64,000 nucleotides of DNA from Trypethelium eluteriae (lineage: Eukaryota). Below the pieces are notes generated by a model. That model was not told the origin of the DNA, did no database searches, and saw only the letters and a list, made by a program, of their open reading frames with translations. This document shows, piece by piece, positions 38,160-51,337 of this stretch. Position numbers and translations under genes: made by a program. The stretch lies in assembly GCA_051942245.1 (NCBI GenBank), contig JAVECL010000031.1:1-64000 (forward strand), given 5' to 3'. The stretch's first letter is position 1; each line of letters opens with the position of its first letter.

Positions 38160-39831
38160 ATGTCTACCAAGCATTCAGATGACCTCGTGCACACCGCCGA
38201 GGAGATCCTTACGCGCACCTCGCAACTTGCGAAACAGCTCTCCCAACGCTCCATTACCCCTCCCAGCCTTGCCGTCGGCGCTAACTCCGATCTGTGGACT
38301 ACGCACGATGGAGAGATTGAGGCCTTACGATCCGCTACACTCGCATTGACGCAGCGTCTGGACAATCTGCTTGAGGGTCCTCACGGCGTCATTCATGAAT
38401 ACGTTTCGACCAACTGGGAGTACGGTGCGCTGTACACGCTACTTGAGTTTGATATCTTGGATAAGATTCCTCTCGACGGCTCTTCAGTGCCGGCTACTCG
38501 ACTTGCGGAACAGGCTGGACTGCCATGGGAGAAGCTCTTACGTATCTGTCGCCTAGTTGCAACTACCGGCATATTGCAGGAACCTGAAGAGGGTCTTTTC
38601 GCCCATACAGCCATCTCGGAGATATTGGTGAAAGACCCTGGGTTCAGCAGTTGGGTTGGATTCCAGTATGTTACCCCACACGCTCATCTATATGCCCAAG
38701 GATGCCGTCGCCAATGTGGCATCCACTTCGAAGTCTCGACTGACATTGGTTGCACTTCTTTTTTAGATTATTCGAGACGAGAGTCGCGAGCGCGAATCTT
38801 GCAGATTCGCTCAAGAAGCCTAATCCATACTGGACCGGCCAGGCTGCATTCGAGTACGCGTAAGTATCAATAATCTGTCGACAAGACGCGCACCTGGAGG
38901 TGATCTTGCCGAAATAAAGTCCAAACTAAAAGCCGAGTGTGTAGGTGGGGAATGCCCATGTACACCTGGCACGCAAAGAATCCCGAGAAAGGCAAACGGT
39001 TTGCCCAAGCCATGCAAAGCGTATCACAGGGTAAGCTCACAAGTCTCTCGCTCGAATATCGTGTCCATACTGATGAAATTCATTCAGGCCTCGACCCAGG
39101 AAATGGTATGATAATTGACTGGCTCACCGATCGTCGAAATGCGGGTCAAGATAGCAAAGGCCGTCTTATAGAGGTTTCGGGAAAGACCGGATCTTTCTCT
39201 CAGCAGCTTGCCACTATTTTCCCGAATCTCAATTTTGAGGTTCAGGACACATCGTTGGAGCTGCTTCGGCAGGGAGAGCAAAAGATTGATCCGAGCCTTG
39301 CTGAGCGTGTGCAATTTCGTCAGCGTGATCTCTTTACCCAGCGCTCCGCTAAGGAGATGGAGGAGAGCGAGCGCAGTTTCACATCCACAGTTTTTCTCTT
39401 ACGCGGCGTGTTGTGGAACCTTCCTGACAGTGAAGCCATCAAGTTACTGCAGAGCTTCTTACCGGCAATGCAACGTCACGATAGGCCATTGCTCCTCATC
39501 AGCGATCTAGTCTCTCCCAAATGGGGGACTTTCGAGCCCCACGTTGAGAGAGCCTTCCGGCGCCGAGACGTGACCCTCATGACAATGCACAATGTAAAGC
39601 AGCGAACTGCGACTGAATGGGATGAATTGATCCGCAGCGCTAGTCCACAATTTAAGGTAAGTGCTGTTGCAGCAGTTCATGTATTACGACTCTTCCATTC
39701 CATCTCTCCACTCAATTGTATACTGCTGGCTGACCATGTATGCATGTCTGTAGGTAACTTACCGCGAAAAATATTCGTCACACAGCTGTCGAGGTCTGTG
39801 GCAAGTTGAACTAGGCGACCATTCAGGTTAG
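38160..39831 (+). CDS. O-methyltransferase-fold protein with degenerate SAM/catalytic motifs (AflS/AflJ-like or non-methylating enzyme)
   Basis: Multi-exon. OMT dimerisation/wHTH region (LLRICRLVATTGILQEPEEGLFAHTAIS). SAM motif reads IEVSGKTG and the catalytic motif reads VLWNLPD. Last exon 39754-39831. Confidence 0.8.
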
Positions 39832-40215
39832 CAAACTAGCGGACGTGGTCAAGGCTCTTTCATGTGAACAAGATCTAGCAATTCAGTTTAGCCTTGAAAT
39901 GCCAGAAAACTCCGTGATAATTTAGGGGTACATCTTTCGACGATCATTTGTGTTAGGAGTTGCCTTAATCCATTGCACTGTTTGGGTAAGCTAGATCCAT
40001 CCCGGAACGGGTTTTTAGCCTATGGATTTTTAATTCAGCCGTCCGATTACGAAATCTTGAGACACTTGCCTTACTCTGTAGACTGCACATTCCCAAGCAT
40101 TGGAGAAACTGAGTAAATTGCTGATGATATCTGTACAAAAGGCGGCGATGCTCAATATCGCTTAAAGAAAGGTTTCACACCCTTAATACATTATGGCAGA
40201 TGATGTATCAATGTT

Positions 40216-40703
40216 CTACGACGTTACTTGGCCATCTGCGACATGCTCCTCAAACCAACCCATCGCAAACTTGGTCCTCTTAGGATCAGCAAAATTGGCA
40301 TGATCAGGATTGACGACGTTGATAAAGTGCGGATCTTGCCGTGCTCGAAGATAGTCTTTAACGTCCTTGAAAACAATCTGTATGACGGCGTCACAGTCGG
40401 ATATGCTTTCAGTCGGGAAACGGTCGCCATAGATCGTGTTGAACATAGGTTTTGACTCGGTAGTGTTATGTTGCTTTTTGGACGGAACATATCAGTCTCA
40501 CCGCAGAGGTGGACAATGGGAGTAGCTAAGGAACCATAATTGCTCACCATAGTGTAAGACACAATGTCATTTTTTGCTAACAGAGCCTTGAGATATCCCG
40601 CGTGAGTCTTGCTGATGTAGTCATGATAGTCTTTCTCCTCCATACCCTCCTTCCTGCAACTGAAAATGGTGATTGCATACAGCTTTCGACTCTGGACTGC
40701 CAT
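40216..40703 (-). CDS. EthD-domain protein (AurZ/CTB10-like dehydratase)
   Basis: Exons 40703-40548 and 40473-40216. ITIFSCRKEGMEEKDYHDYISKTHA..YTMQHNT..DCDAVIQIVFKD..DPHFINVVNPDHANFAD is the fungal EthD pattern. Confidence 0.87.
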
Positions 40704-42035
40704 CTGTGCTAGTAGTTTTTCAGACGAGACACCGAGACTTGCTTTGAAATGAGCGATAACAAATATGTGTGCAAGCAAAGAGAGGCGCACTACTCTGTAC
40801 AGCTATTGGAGCAAGCTTAGAAGTGCAGGCGAGACGTCAGAACTAGTACTGTATCAGACAATACTCCGCTGCGCTTAGATGTAGGACCGTCTGCAAGACT
40901 CCTTCTGCCAGAGAGGCCACAGAAGATCCGGTTTTCACACGGTGAGAAGGCCGACCCGGGCCCCGGAATCCCATTTCTTGACTAATTAATGCCCGAACGT
41001 TCGGAAGAAGCTAGTGCATGCGAGCACACCAAGCAATAAGCGCAGACTCTCGATCCAGTGTTTGAGTCTGATATCAGCTCTTCCAAATACTCCAGAACAA
41101 GCACGCAGTGCCCTGAATCATCGTCCCTGACGATGTACCTCAGCCACGGCCTAGAAGAGCTGTCGAATGAGACGCAAAAAGAACACGCGAGGCGCACAGC
41201 TACTCCACGTTGTTGATGGCGCGTGGCTGGGGACCGTATCGCTGACATGAGCAGTCCCAGCTAACGTCCCAGGGTGCCCGGTTGCAAGCACTGACAACGA
41301 CCTAAGTCAACCGCATTCGCATCAGTCAAACGAGACAGAACCGCTCTGGTGGGCCGCTTGTTGATAACTCATCTACCCAACACCCTACTGCAAAGTGCAT
41401 GTGGGCAGAGCGGCGAAGACCCTGAGGGGGCCAGGATGCCGGGGTGCCGGGATGCCGGGGTGCTGCCGAATTCCTGCTCCTGCTCCTTCCTTAGCTACTG
41501 TTGCTGCTGCCCTTGCGCGTTGGCGCGCCCGCTCTGATCACCACGGCCTTTGCTATTCTTGGTACTTATCTGGAATCGACAACGTGCTCACGCACACGCT
41601 CCAAAGTTTCAGGCCCTTGTCGCTCATCTCGTACGCTCTGTCCACGCGAAAGGTCCGAAACGAGGATTCGTTATGGGCCGGTTACCTCAACTCCACGGTA
41701 CCCTCTTACCCCAGCTGGAAAGCCTACGCGTCTTGGGACGATGGGTCCTTACCAAGCCCCAACCACCAAGCTCCTCAGCCAAGGGTCGTACCGAGACGTC
41801 GCAACGACACAGCAAGCTAGAGAGAGACGGACGGTGAGAATTCAAAATGATAAACCAGGCGTTCTTCGACTGGTGTTGAGGTGGCGTCCGCTAAGAATCG
41901 AAGATTACTAGTCTTTCATTCCTTCCAACGTCTTCCACAACCGCTCCCGCCCTCAGCCCGCTCACATCATTCCCTACCGAGTTAATCCGAACAGCATCAT
42001 GCACGCGAGACCGGCGCCTTTATCATGATCAATTT

Positions 42036-42051
42036 CGGCCTCCGTCGTCCG
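42036..42051 (+). promoter_or_regulatory. Putative cluster-2 TF site CGG-N3-CCG-N4-CCG
   Basis: CGGcctCCGtcgtCCG, ~235 bp upstream of the PKS2 ATG. A one-mismatch copy CGGgccCCGgaatCCC lies at 40957-40972 near EthD. Confidence 0.65.
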
Positions 42052-42284
42052 AGGCGGCATGGAGCTGCTGCCTGCAGGTGAGGCATAGGGCATGGTCCAT
42101 GCAGCCGCCCAGAAGTTTGCTTCTTTGGGTGGTACTTAACGGTTGTATCATAGCTCGATAATCATAGGCATTGTTTACAACCTACATATAGGCTCAGGCT
42201 CGGTCTCAGGCTTAGGTTCTGTATACCTCCATGCCTACTCAACTCCCAGGCCTCAACACGTCTCAACACGTCTGAACACCAAAC

Positions 42285-45200
42285 ATGGCTCCCATTACTG
42301 GAGCCGATAGTCTCCCGAGGGAAAGCCAGATACTTCTCTTCGGTGACCTCAGTTTAATCCAGTTCGAGGAACCCTTGCGTCGCTTGTTGCATGTCAAAAC
42401 CAATGCTTTGCTTACTTCTTTCTTTGACCGTGTTAACTATTCTCTCCGGAGGCTAATTGAAATTCTCCCTATCAAACAACAAAATCTTTTCCCTCATTTC
42501 ACCACACTTATCGATCTGCTCTCCAGATTAGGCGAGACTCCGGGCACAGCAGTCCTGAGGTTTTGCCTGCTGAGCGTTCATGAAGTGGCCCAATTCATCG
42601 AGTAAGTTACAGCCAGTGGACTCTGTGCCCAGATCCTGTTATCTATTCTCACCCGTCCACGCTGTGTTTGCTGATCGTGAATGGCAGATACTATGGGGAT
42701 GGATCCAGATCATATCCATCGCCATCCAACACCTATGTGATTGGCCCGTGTACTGGTGGCTTCGCTGCTGCAGCTATCAGTTGTTCACAAAACCTCCCCG
42801 ATGTTATACCTAATGGAGTGGAAGCAGTGACTGCAGCATTCAGGACTGCCCTTCGCTCGTATCTGATCGGCGACGGTCTCTCAAGAGCACAGTCTACCCA
42901 GTCAAAGTCCTGGTCAGCTGCTCTGAGTGCTCAGGGTGACCTCGATATCGAGGGAATGTTAAACGAATATGCAAAGACCAAGGTCAGAAACTTATATGGT
43001 ACACATTTCTTGCAAGAAACTTACCGTACTCGACCACAGACGCCCCTTCGTGACTCGACACTCTGGCTAAGTGCCACCACTCCCGGTAAAGCAACGACCT
43101 TGAGCGGACGGCCTTCTGTCCTGCAAGATTTTGTATCGACAAATTCGAACAGGCTCAAATCTCGCTTCCTGGATATTCATTCGCCATATCATGCAGCTCG
43201 ACTTTTCGACGCTGATGATGTAGAGCAAATTGTGGGCAAAATCCATCATCAGTCCAGGACCCGGCAGATACCTAGGATTCCTCTACTTTCATCATCGACT
43301 GGAGAGGTCGTCGAGGCTCCCGATTTCCCCAGCTTGCTTCGAATTGTGATAGAGGAAGCACTGCGAGAACCCATCCGGTGGGAGGCAGTATTATCGTCAT
43401 GCCGCACGCTCTTAGCAGAAACGCGGACAAAAAGTTGCACTATTTTGCCTTTTTCGAGCAACGCTGCCTCGATGGTCTCTACGACACTGGCCAAAGATAC
43501 AAATATCCACATTGACGTTGAAGATTTGTCGTCTCAGGCTACCCACAAAATTCCCTCAGCGCCCACGGGCCGCTTCGAGCATTCTAGGATCGCTATTGTC
43601 GGCTACTCTGGCCGTTTCCCATCCGCGGAATCGAATGAAAAATTCTGGGAGCTGCTAAAGGCCGGTCGTGATGTGCATCGCGAGATCCCGGCCGATAGGT
43701 TCGACTGGAAAGCACACTGGGATCCCACTGGGAAGAAGAAAAATACGAGCCGTGTCAAGTATGGATGCTTCATAGACGAGCCAGGTCTCTTCGATCCACG
43801 CTTCTTCAACATGTCTCCACGCGAGGCTGAGAATACCGACCCGGCTCAGCGGTTGGCCATCACAACGACCTACGAGGCCATGGAAATGGCAGGTATGGTA
43901 CGCAATAGAACTCCAAGCACCCAACAAGATCGTATCGGAGTCTTTTTCGGTACTACCAGTGATGACTGGAGAGAGGTAAATAGCGGACAAGACGTTGGAA
44001 CATATTTCATCCCAGGTGGGAACCGGGCTTTTGTGCCAGGGCGTATCAGGTGAGTAGCCAGATCATAATTCTTTATCTTCTCTTTGAACATTTGACGAGA
44101 GTGAGAAAGAGACTGACTTGATTATCAGTTACTTTTTCCGTTTCTCTGGACCCAGTCTTAGTATCGATACAGCCTGCTCGTCAAGTTTCGCCGCCATTCA
44201 GGCTGCATGCAGTTACCTTTGGAAGGGTGACTGTGATACCGCTGTTGCTGGTGGCACAAATGTCCTCACCAATCCGGACAACTTCGCTGGTTTGGATCGG
44301 GCTCACTTTTTGTCAACAACCGGTGAGTCAATTTTGTTTCAAGCTCTCTACAGGGCTATTGAAGGGCTATAATTTCTAATTAGATCATCCATTCAGGAAA
44401 TTGCAACGCCTTCGACGACGGAGCTAATGGCTACTGTCGTTCGGACGCCGTTGGCTCGGTCATTCTCAAGCGTCTTGAAGATGCTGAGGCAGACAACGAC
44501 CCTATCTTCGGAGTCATTGTTGGCACGAATACAAACCATTGTGGACAAACGGACAGTATTACGCGTCCGCACGAGGGTGATCAATCTAGCGTATTCAAGC
44601 GCATCATTCGACATAGCGATATTGACCCACTTGACGTGAGCTATATTGAGATGCATGGCACCGGAACGCAGGCTGGCGATGCTACCGAGATGAATTCAGT
44701 CATGTCGGTCTTCGTGCCCGAGTACAAGAGAACGACCGAGCGACCAGCTCGACCCTTGTATATCGGGTCGGCCAAGGCAAACATCGGGCATGCGGAGTCA
44801 GCGTCGGGTGTATCATCGCTGATCAAAGTGCTCATGATGATGAAGCACAGCGAGATTCCTCCTCACTGTGGTATCAAGACCAAGATCAACCACAACTACC
44901 CGCTGGACCTTGCCCAGCGTGGCATCAACATCGCATTTGAGACGACCCCGTGGCAACGCAAGGACAAGAAGCGGGCTGCTTTCCTCAACAACTTCAGCGC
45001 TGCTGGCGGAAATACGGCAATACTAGTTGAAGATGCCCCCGAGCGGCGCTCGAAGCAAATTGGAGCTTCGACCACTGAGAAAGACTCTCGCTCCGTTCAC
45101 ATTGTCGCCGTGACCGCCAAGACGTCTAAGTCCTTGACTGGCAACATCAACTCTCTGATTGCTTACCTCGAGAAAAATCCTTCCACCTCGCTTGGGGCTC

Positions 45201-48200
45201 TATCTTACACAACTACCGCTCGCCGCATGCATCATAACTACCGAGTTTTCGTCTCAGGATCCGATGCCACTTCTATCTCCTCGGCTCTCAAGTCCCGGGC
45301 CTTGGAAAGCGAAACAACACCTATCAAGCCTATCTCAAACGCCCCGAAGAAGTCACCCCGCGTCGTATTTGTATTTACTGGCCAGGGAACTCTTTACGCG
45401 GAGCTGGGAAGATTGCTCTTTGATACTAATGCAGCTTTCCGCAGCAGGATTCACCAACTCAACCGTCTCGCGCAAAGCCAGGGCTTTCCAGGCTTCCTCG
45501 GTCTGATTGACGGATCTGTCGCCAACCTTCAGGTTGTTGGAGCGGTTGTGTCACAGCTTGTGCACGTATGCATCCAGATCGCACTCTCTGAACTCTGGAA
45601 GAGTTGGGGTGTCGAGCCTGCTGCCGTAATTGGTCATAGCTTGGGCGAGTATGCAGCCCTCTATGCCGCAGGCGTGCTCAGCGTTGCTGATACCATTTAC
45701 CTTGTGGGCACGAGGGCGGTCCTTCTGGAAAAGCGATGCACGGCTGGTACCCATGCCATGCTTGCCATCAAAGGCTCGCAGGAGGCTGTGCTTGAGATGA
45801 TCCACAAGAGTTCTGAAGGCGAGACCGACAGGAAGAAGAATTGTGAGTTGGCTTGTGCAAATCAGCCTACAGGTCACGTCGTTGCGGGGCCCGTTGATAA
45901 GATATCTAAGGTCGCTCGTGCGGCTGCAGATGTCAACATTGAGACGGTGCGGCTCGATGTTCCTTTTGCATTCCACTCGGCTCAGGTAGAGCCCATCCTC
46001 TCCGAGTTCGAACAGGCTGCGGCGCAAGGAGTGGTTTACCATCCCCCAACCGTGCCTGTTCTCTCACCACTACTGGCAAAACTTGTGCCCGTAGGTGACA
46101 GCACTACACTCAATGCTTCATACCTTACTGCTGCATGTCGAAACATGGTAGACTTCAAAGGTGCTGTTTCTGCCGCTGTCTTGGCAGATGATGCCCTAGC
46201 CGCGGCTGATCGTACCATCTGGCTCGAGATTGGACCCCACCCTGCCTGCAGTGGTATGGTCAAGGGTACACTCGGCTCGCACTCAAAGACGGTTCCAACG
46301 CTGCGCAAGCAAGTCGATGCATACAAAACGTTGGCAACAGCCCTTGAGATGCTCTATCTTTCTGGTATTGAACTTGATTGGAATGAGTATCACCGCGACT
46401 TCCCCACTGCACAAGAGGTACTTGACCTTCCGATGTATGCATGGGATTCGAACACATACTGGATTCAATATCGCAACGACTTCTGTCTAACGAAAGGAGA
46501 CGACATGATGCCACTTGCTCTTGAGGCGCCCGTTCCGGAGCGCAAGCCGGTGGGCAAGTATATTTCGCCATGTGCGCAACAGGTCGTTGAAGAGTTCCAC
46601 GGTGCGGAGGAATCCTCGCTCATTGTCGAATCTGATATCTTCGATGAGAAATTGCTGCCAGTCCTTGCCGGCCATTTGGTGAACGGGGCCCGCTTGTGTC
46701 CATCTGTAAGTCTCATTCTGAAATGCCTCCTCGATATCCGTGGATATTTACTGACGCTTCTGCGACCACACTTAGTCCATGTACGCCGATCTTGTCTTGA
46801 CTATGGCAAAATATATGGTGCTCGAAAGCCCTAACAAGCTCCCAATCGCTACCACTGGCCTTGAGGTATTTAATGTCAGGATCGACAACCCCCTCATTGC
46901 TCGGACTACCGAAACTACTCACCGATTCCGTGCCTCGGCCACGGTAGAATGGCATACCAATGTCATTTCCTTTTCCATCTTCAGCGTCGATGGCTCCGGA
47001 AAACGTACCGCCTCCCACGCGAAACTTGATGTACGTATTACTCCTGAACAACATTGGTCCGACGAGTGGAAGCGCAACACGCATCTCATCACATCACGCA
47101 TCGAGGCGCTGGCTGAAAGCAAGGAGAGCCACACCATCAAACGTGGAATGGCGTACAAGATATTTGGCGCCCTGGTTGAGTATGGCAGTGAGTATCAAGG
47201 CATGGCAGAGGTTGTCATGGACAGCAAGCGTCTAGAAGCGTATTCGACGGTCCAATTCCAGGTTGGACAGCAGGGATTCCTGGTTAATCCAAAGTGGATT
47301 GATAGCGTTGGAGGCGTGGCTGGCTTCATCATGAACGCCAACGATGCTGTCGACAGCCGGACGCAGGTGTTTATTAATCACGGATGGGAGAGAATGCGGA
47401 TTGCAGAACCACTTGAAGAAGGCAAAACCTATCGGGCGTACAATCGCATGCAGTTGGTTGAGAAGACGACCTACGCTGGGGATACATACATTCTAGAGGG
47501 CGACCGGATCGTGGCTATCTTCGAGGGCGTGACGGTATGTTTTCTTGAATTTCCCTTGTCTGTGCTTGTTATATGAACGCTTTCTTCCTCGCTGGCGATG
47601 ACATGTGGATGTTTTACTGACCTATCCCTAGTTCCAAGGCGTCCCTCGTCGTGCACTTGATCACCTTCTCCCGGGCAAGACAAGTCCAGCGAGTGCAAGA
47701 CCGGTCCCACCGAGTCAACCAGCTCCACAGGTTCAGGCAAAGGCAGCAGCACCGAAACCCAAAAGCCACGTATCTGCACCCGCGCTGCAGCCAAAAACCA
47801 AAACTGCAGAAACATCATCCGGTGTTCTTGGCCGAATTCTGGCTCTCATTGGCGAAGAGATCGGCGTTACACAATCCGAACTTAAGCCAGAGGTTGATTT
47901 CATGGAACTGGGAATCGACTCGCTGCTCTCACTGACGATCACGGGAAAGATACGCGAAGAGCTCGGGTTGGAATTTCCTACTTCACTCTTCATTGATCAC
48001 CCAACCGTTGGAGATCTACGAGCTTTGATCGGTGGTGGAGGCGATGGCTTGGTCGTATCGGGCTCCAGCTCCAGTAGCGATGACGAGAGTGAGGAAACAC
48101 AACTTACTAGTGCTTCAGGTGAACAGGATCCACAAGTCCAGGATGATTCTTCCAGTCGCACTCGTGCTGCCCTCATCTTGAGGCAAATCATTTCCGAGGA

Positions 48201-49383
48201 AACTCGCGTTGGCATTGATGAGCTGACAGCATCGACAAGTCTTGTCGACATTGGGGTGGACTCTCTACTGAGCTTGACCATTACCGGAAAATTGCAGGAG
48301 CTCTTGAACGTGGACATTCCTTCGAGCACTTTCATGGAGTGCGACTCTCTGCAGGAAATCGAGGATGCTGTATGCAAGGAACTTGGGCTCCCAAAAGTGA
48401 CCGCGAAGAAGCCTGAGCCAGCCAAGAGCCATCCTGCGACATCGAACACACTAGCAAACTGTAACGGGCCAAACCCACAGATCCGATCATCGCAGCAAAG
48501 CAGTCAAAGTCAGGATACCGCCGATTCTTCCCTCCCGCAAGCAAGCTCGATCTTGCTCTCAGGCTCGCCACAAACTGCCCGACTGATCGTCTTCCTCTTC
48601 CCTGACGGCTCTGGTTCAGCGTCTTCGTACGCTGCGCTAGCACCCGCTATTGATACCAGCAGCATCGCCGTCTACGGATTAAACTGCCCATGGCGCAAGA
48701 GCGGAGCCGAGATGACTCGCCTGGGCCTCACAATGTCCACGATGGTCTCGAGATATGTGGCTGAGGTAAGACGACTTGTACAACAAACCACAAAAGCACG
48801 AGGGAAAGCCATTCCCGTTGCCGTAGGTGGATGGTCAGCCGGGGGCATTCTGGCTGTCGAAGCCATACGACAATTGCAACAGCACCAAGACGGCGACCAA
48901 ATGATAAAAGTTAGCCAGTTACTCCTTTTCGATTCTCCCAACCCAATCGGCCTACAGAATCCGCCTCAACGAATGTACGATTTCTTCGACACATTAGGCA
49001 TCTTTGGCGGTGGTGGCGGCGATAAGGCTAAATCTAAGACGCCCGAGTGGCTTCGTCAGCATTTTGATGCGTTCCTTCGCATCTTGGACGATTACGAGCC
49101 AACTCCTCTTCCCGATGCACCGGCTTCACTAATTGTGTACGCGAAAGATGGAGTGTGCAAGGACCCTAACGGGCCGAAGATGGAGACGCGGCCAGACGAT
49201 CCTCGGGAGATGCTGTGGCTGTTGAACAACAGGACAGACTTCTCGGCGGAAGGCTGGGCGAGTGTCTTGGGTCGGGGGAAGCTGAATGTGAAGGTATTGG
49301 AGGAGGTTAATCATTTTACTCTTATGGACCCGGGGCCAAAGATGAAAGAGGCGGGTCATATTGTCACGAAATTTCTTTCTTAG
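42285..49383 (+). CDS. Second non-reducing PKS SAT-KS-AT-PT-ACP-ACP-TE, probably PhnA-like
   Basis: Multi-exon. [45 protein letters not shown], ACPs LGIDSLL and IGVDSLL, TE GGWSAGG..NHFTLM. The PhnA-like assignment is inferred from neighbouring genes. Confidence 0.92.
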
Positions 49384-51337
49384 GACGTTAAAGGGCATCT
49401 GTAATGATTTGGCGAGGAAAGTTTGAGAATTTAGAACGATAGACTCTGGTCAGTCAAAGATTGACTAGGTTTGGAAAGGCATAGATTGTGGGTAGTGTTT
49501 TTCTGAGCGACACAAGGTTTTCTGTTTTCAGTGGTATCGGCGTCAAGAACATTGCCTGGTTCTATAGACTAGGAATATGGAATTCATTTAAAGATCTTTT
49601 TTATTCAAACCTTCAGTACAGAACGATAAACGTGATGTAGCAATTCAGATGGAGTACATAGCTTGGTAGGGAGATATCCAACCAGTTTCTCAAGCTACCT
49701 TACCCAGTATGCCCACTGCTACAGCAACGCTCACGTGACCAGCGGTGGGCTACACCATCCAGGTTCCTTCCGTACTAAGGTATCAACAAAGAAGGATATA
49801 TCCTACCAAACATCGCGCGTGGGGAAAGACCTTTCGTCATGAAACATAATGGAAGACTACAATATGCCAGCTGCAAAGGCGTTGTACCACTCTGAAGCGG
49901 CTCAGTCCAGAAAGCGTGGACGGACAAACAGCAACCCCATGGAGAATGGATTCGATCTAGCGACGGAGGACCGCCACGGTGTTTCGGCGACTAGAGTACA
50001 AGGACGACCAAGCAAGACGGATCTCTCTCCCAGCTCCCGAAGAGATACTGGTTAAGTCATACGCCTACGCAAGATTGCGCGTCGCATCCGCGAGCTACGA
50101 AGATCGCTGGATGAAAAGCCAACCTTTCAATAGCTTTGGAGACATTCTTGAATCAATGGCAATATGAGAAGATTCTCAGTGTACAATCATCGCCCAACAA
50201 TCCACGAGGTTCATATCAGAGCGACCAGCATCCCCGCCGAAAAATCAACCGTCCAGTACGGTGGCCCCAGGAGGAGAGACGCTACCTCGAGGTGATTCGT
50301 AATCCATGTTAAGAACTTTCGCGACGTGGGTACCGGAATTTGAATGTTACCCTGTAAGTGGAAGTCATTCGGTCACCCATCTGGTTGTACTCGTGTATGC
50401 TGACGCGTGTAGGGCTCTTTTGGCGTCACGCGATAGATACGAGTACGCGCGCGGATTCCGATGGTTGGCAAGTCAGCTGATTAGGTAGATATAGGTGCCT
50501 TTAGGTACCTAACCTAGAGGTATCTTAAGGTACGGTACCTAGTAGCTAATTGACCAGATCGCGCCCATCGAACACACTTTGTCAAGCGCCACCCTGTGAT
50601 TTTTTGTCCGGAGTCAAACACTTCTGAATCCAAGATAGAGAACGTCCCAGTCTTTTCAGTTTTAGAACGACTAGTACCCACCTGCATGTATTCGTTCTAA
50701 AGGAAACGGATAGCTCCTTGTCGTTAAGCAACCACTTCTCTGTCCCCAACTAAACCTCTCCGCAGTCGACGGATGCCTGATATCTAGGTACCATTGAAGC
50801 AACCCCACGTAATCTTTGGCTCATGCATGACCGCTTATCGGGATACGTGAAAGGGATAAGCGCTCTCGATGAGATGGAGGCTAGCAAGGTGCATTATTTT
50901 AGGATGACCGAAGACATTGGTTGAAGTCGATACGGTCTGACTTGTCATTAAGTGTTAGGTACGAAGCATTGTTTGTCGTAAGTTGAAAACCTCCACTCGT
51001 CCACAATCCTCCAAACCCCCAGAAGTAGTCGCCCACGTACTCAGGCCTTGAGGGGTGTCAGAGCATTAGACAGATGGATAACAACTCGAAATTCGGCTCC
51101 GAAGTAACATCTACAGGCGGTGGGTAATGAAAATTTGCTGACGTGCTTGATAATGTCTGAAACTTTTTGAAAGTATCAAGCTTCTAAACGATCTATATGT
51201 AGCCTTGCGGCCATCTATGCCTGGCTCAACCCCATTCTAACTTTGCGCCTTGACACCGGGCTCTTCCATGGAGATCCGCTCTATTGCCAAGCCTAGTCGT
51301 TTTAACGTCACATATGCGCCTTAATGCTTTTCTAAAC

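Noticed and set aside
41436..41468. 8-bp-period repeat GCCGGG(G/A)T in the EthD/PKS2 intergenic region as a cluster-2 TF site
   Set aside because: Spacing is CGG-N4-CCG, not the N3/N4 consensus. Treated as a short degenerate tandem repeat.
41349..41911. Overlapping 60-140 aa ORFs between EthD and PKS2
   Set aside because: No recognisable domains, non-ATG starts, and GC-rich promoter DNA. Likely spurious.
42252..42280. CTCAACACGT direct repeat just before the PKS2 ATG
   Set aside because: Only two copies plus a degenerate third. Probably slippage in the 5' UTR.
42983..43039. Apparent insertion in the PKS2 SAT domain
   Set aside because: Best explained as a 57-nt in-frame GT..AG intron.
24764..49383. 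Fragmented PKS ORFs suggesting pseudogenes or frameshifts
   Set aside because: The breaks examined coincide with canonical GT..AG introns, and all catalytic motifs are intact.
49849..50488. Short ORFs between PKS2 and the TF
   Set aside because: No family motifs or convincing splice structure, so a gene cannot be supported.
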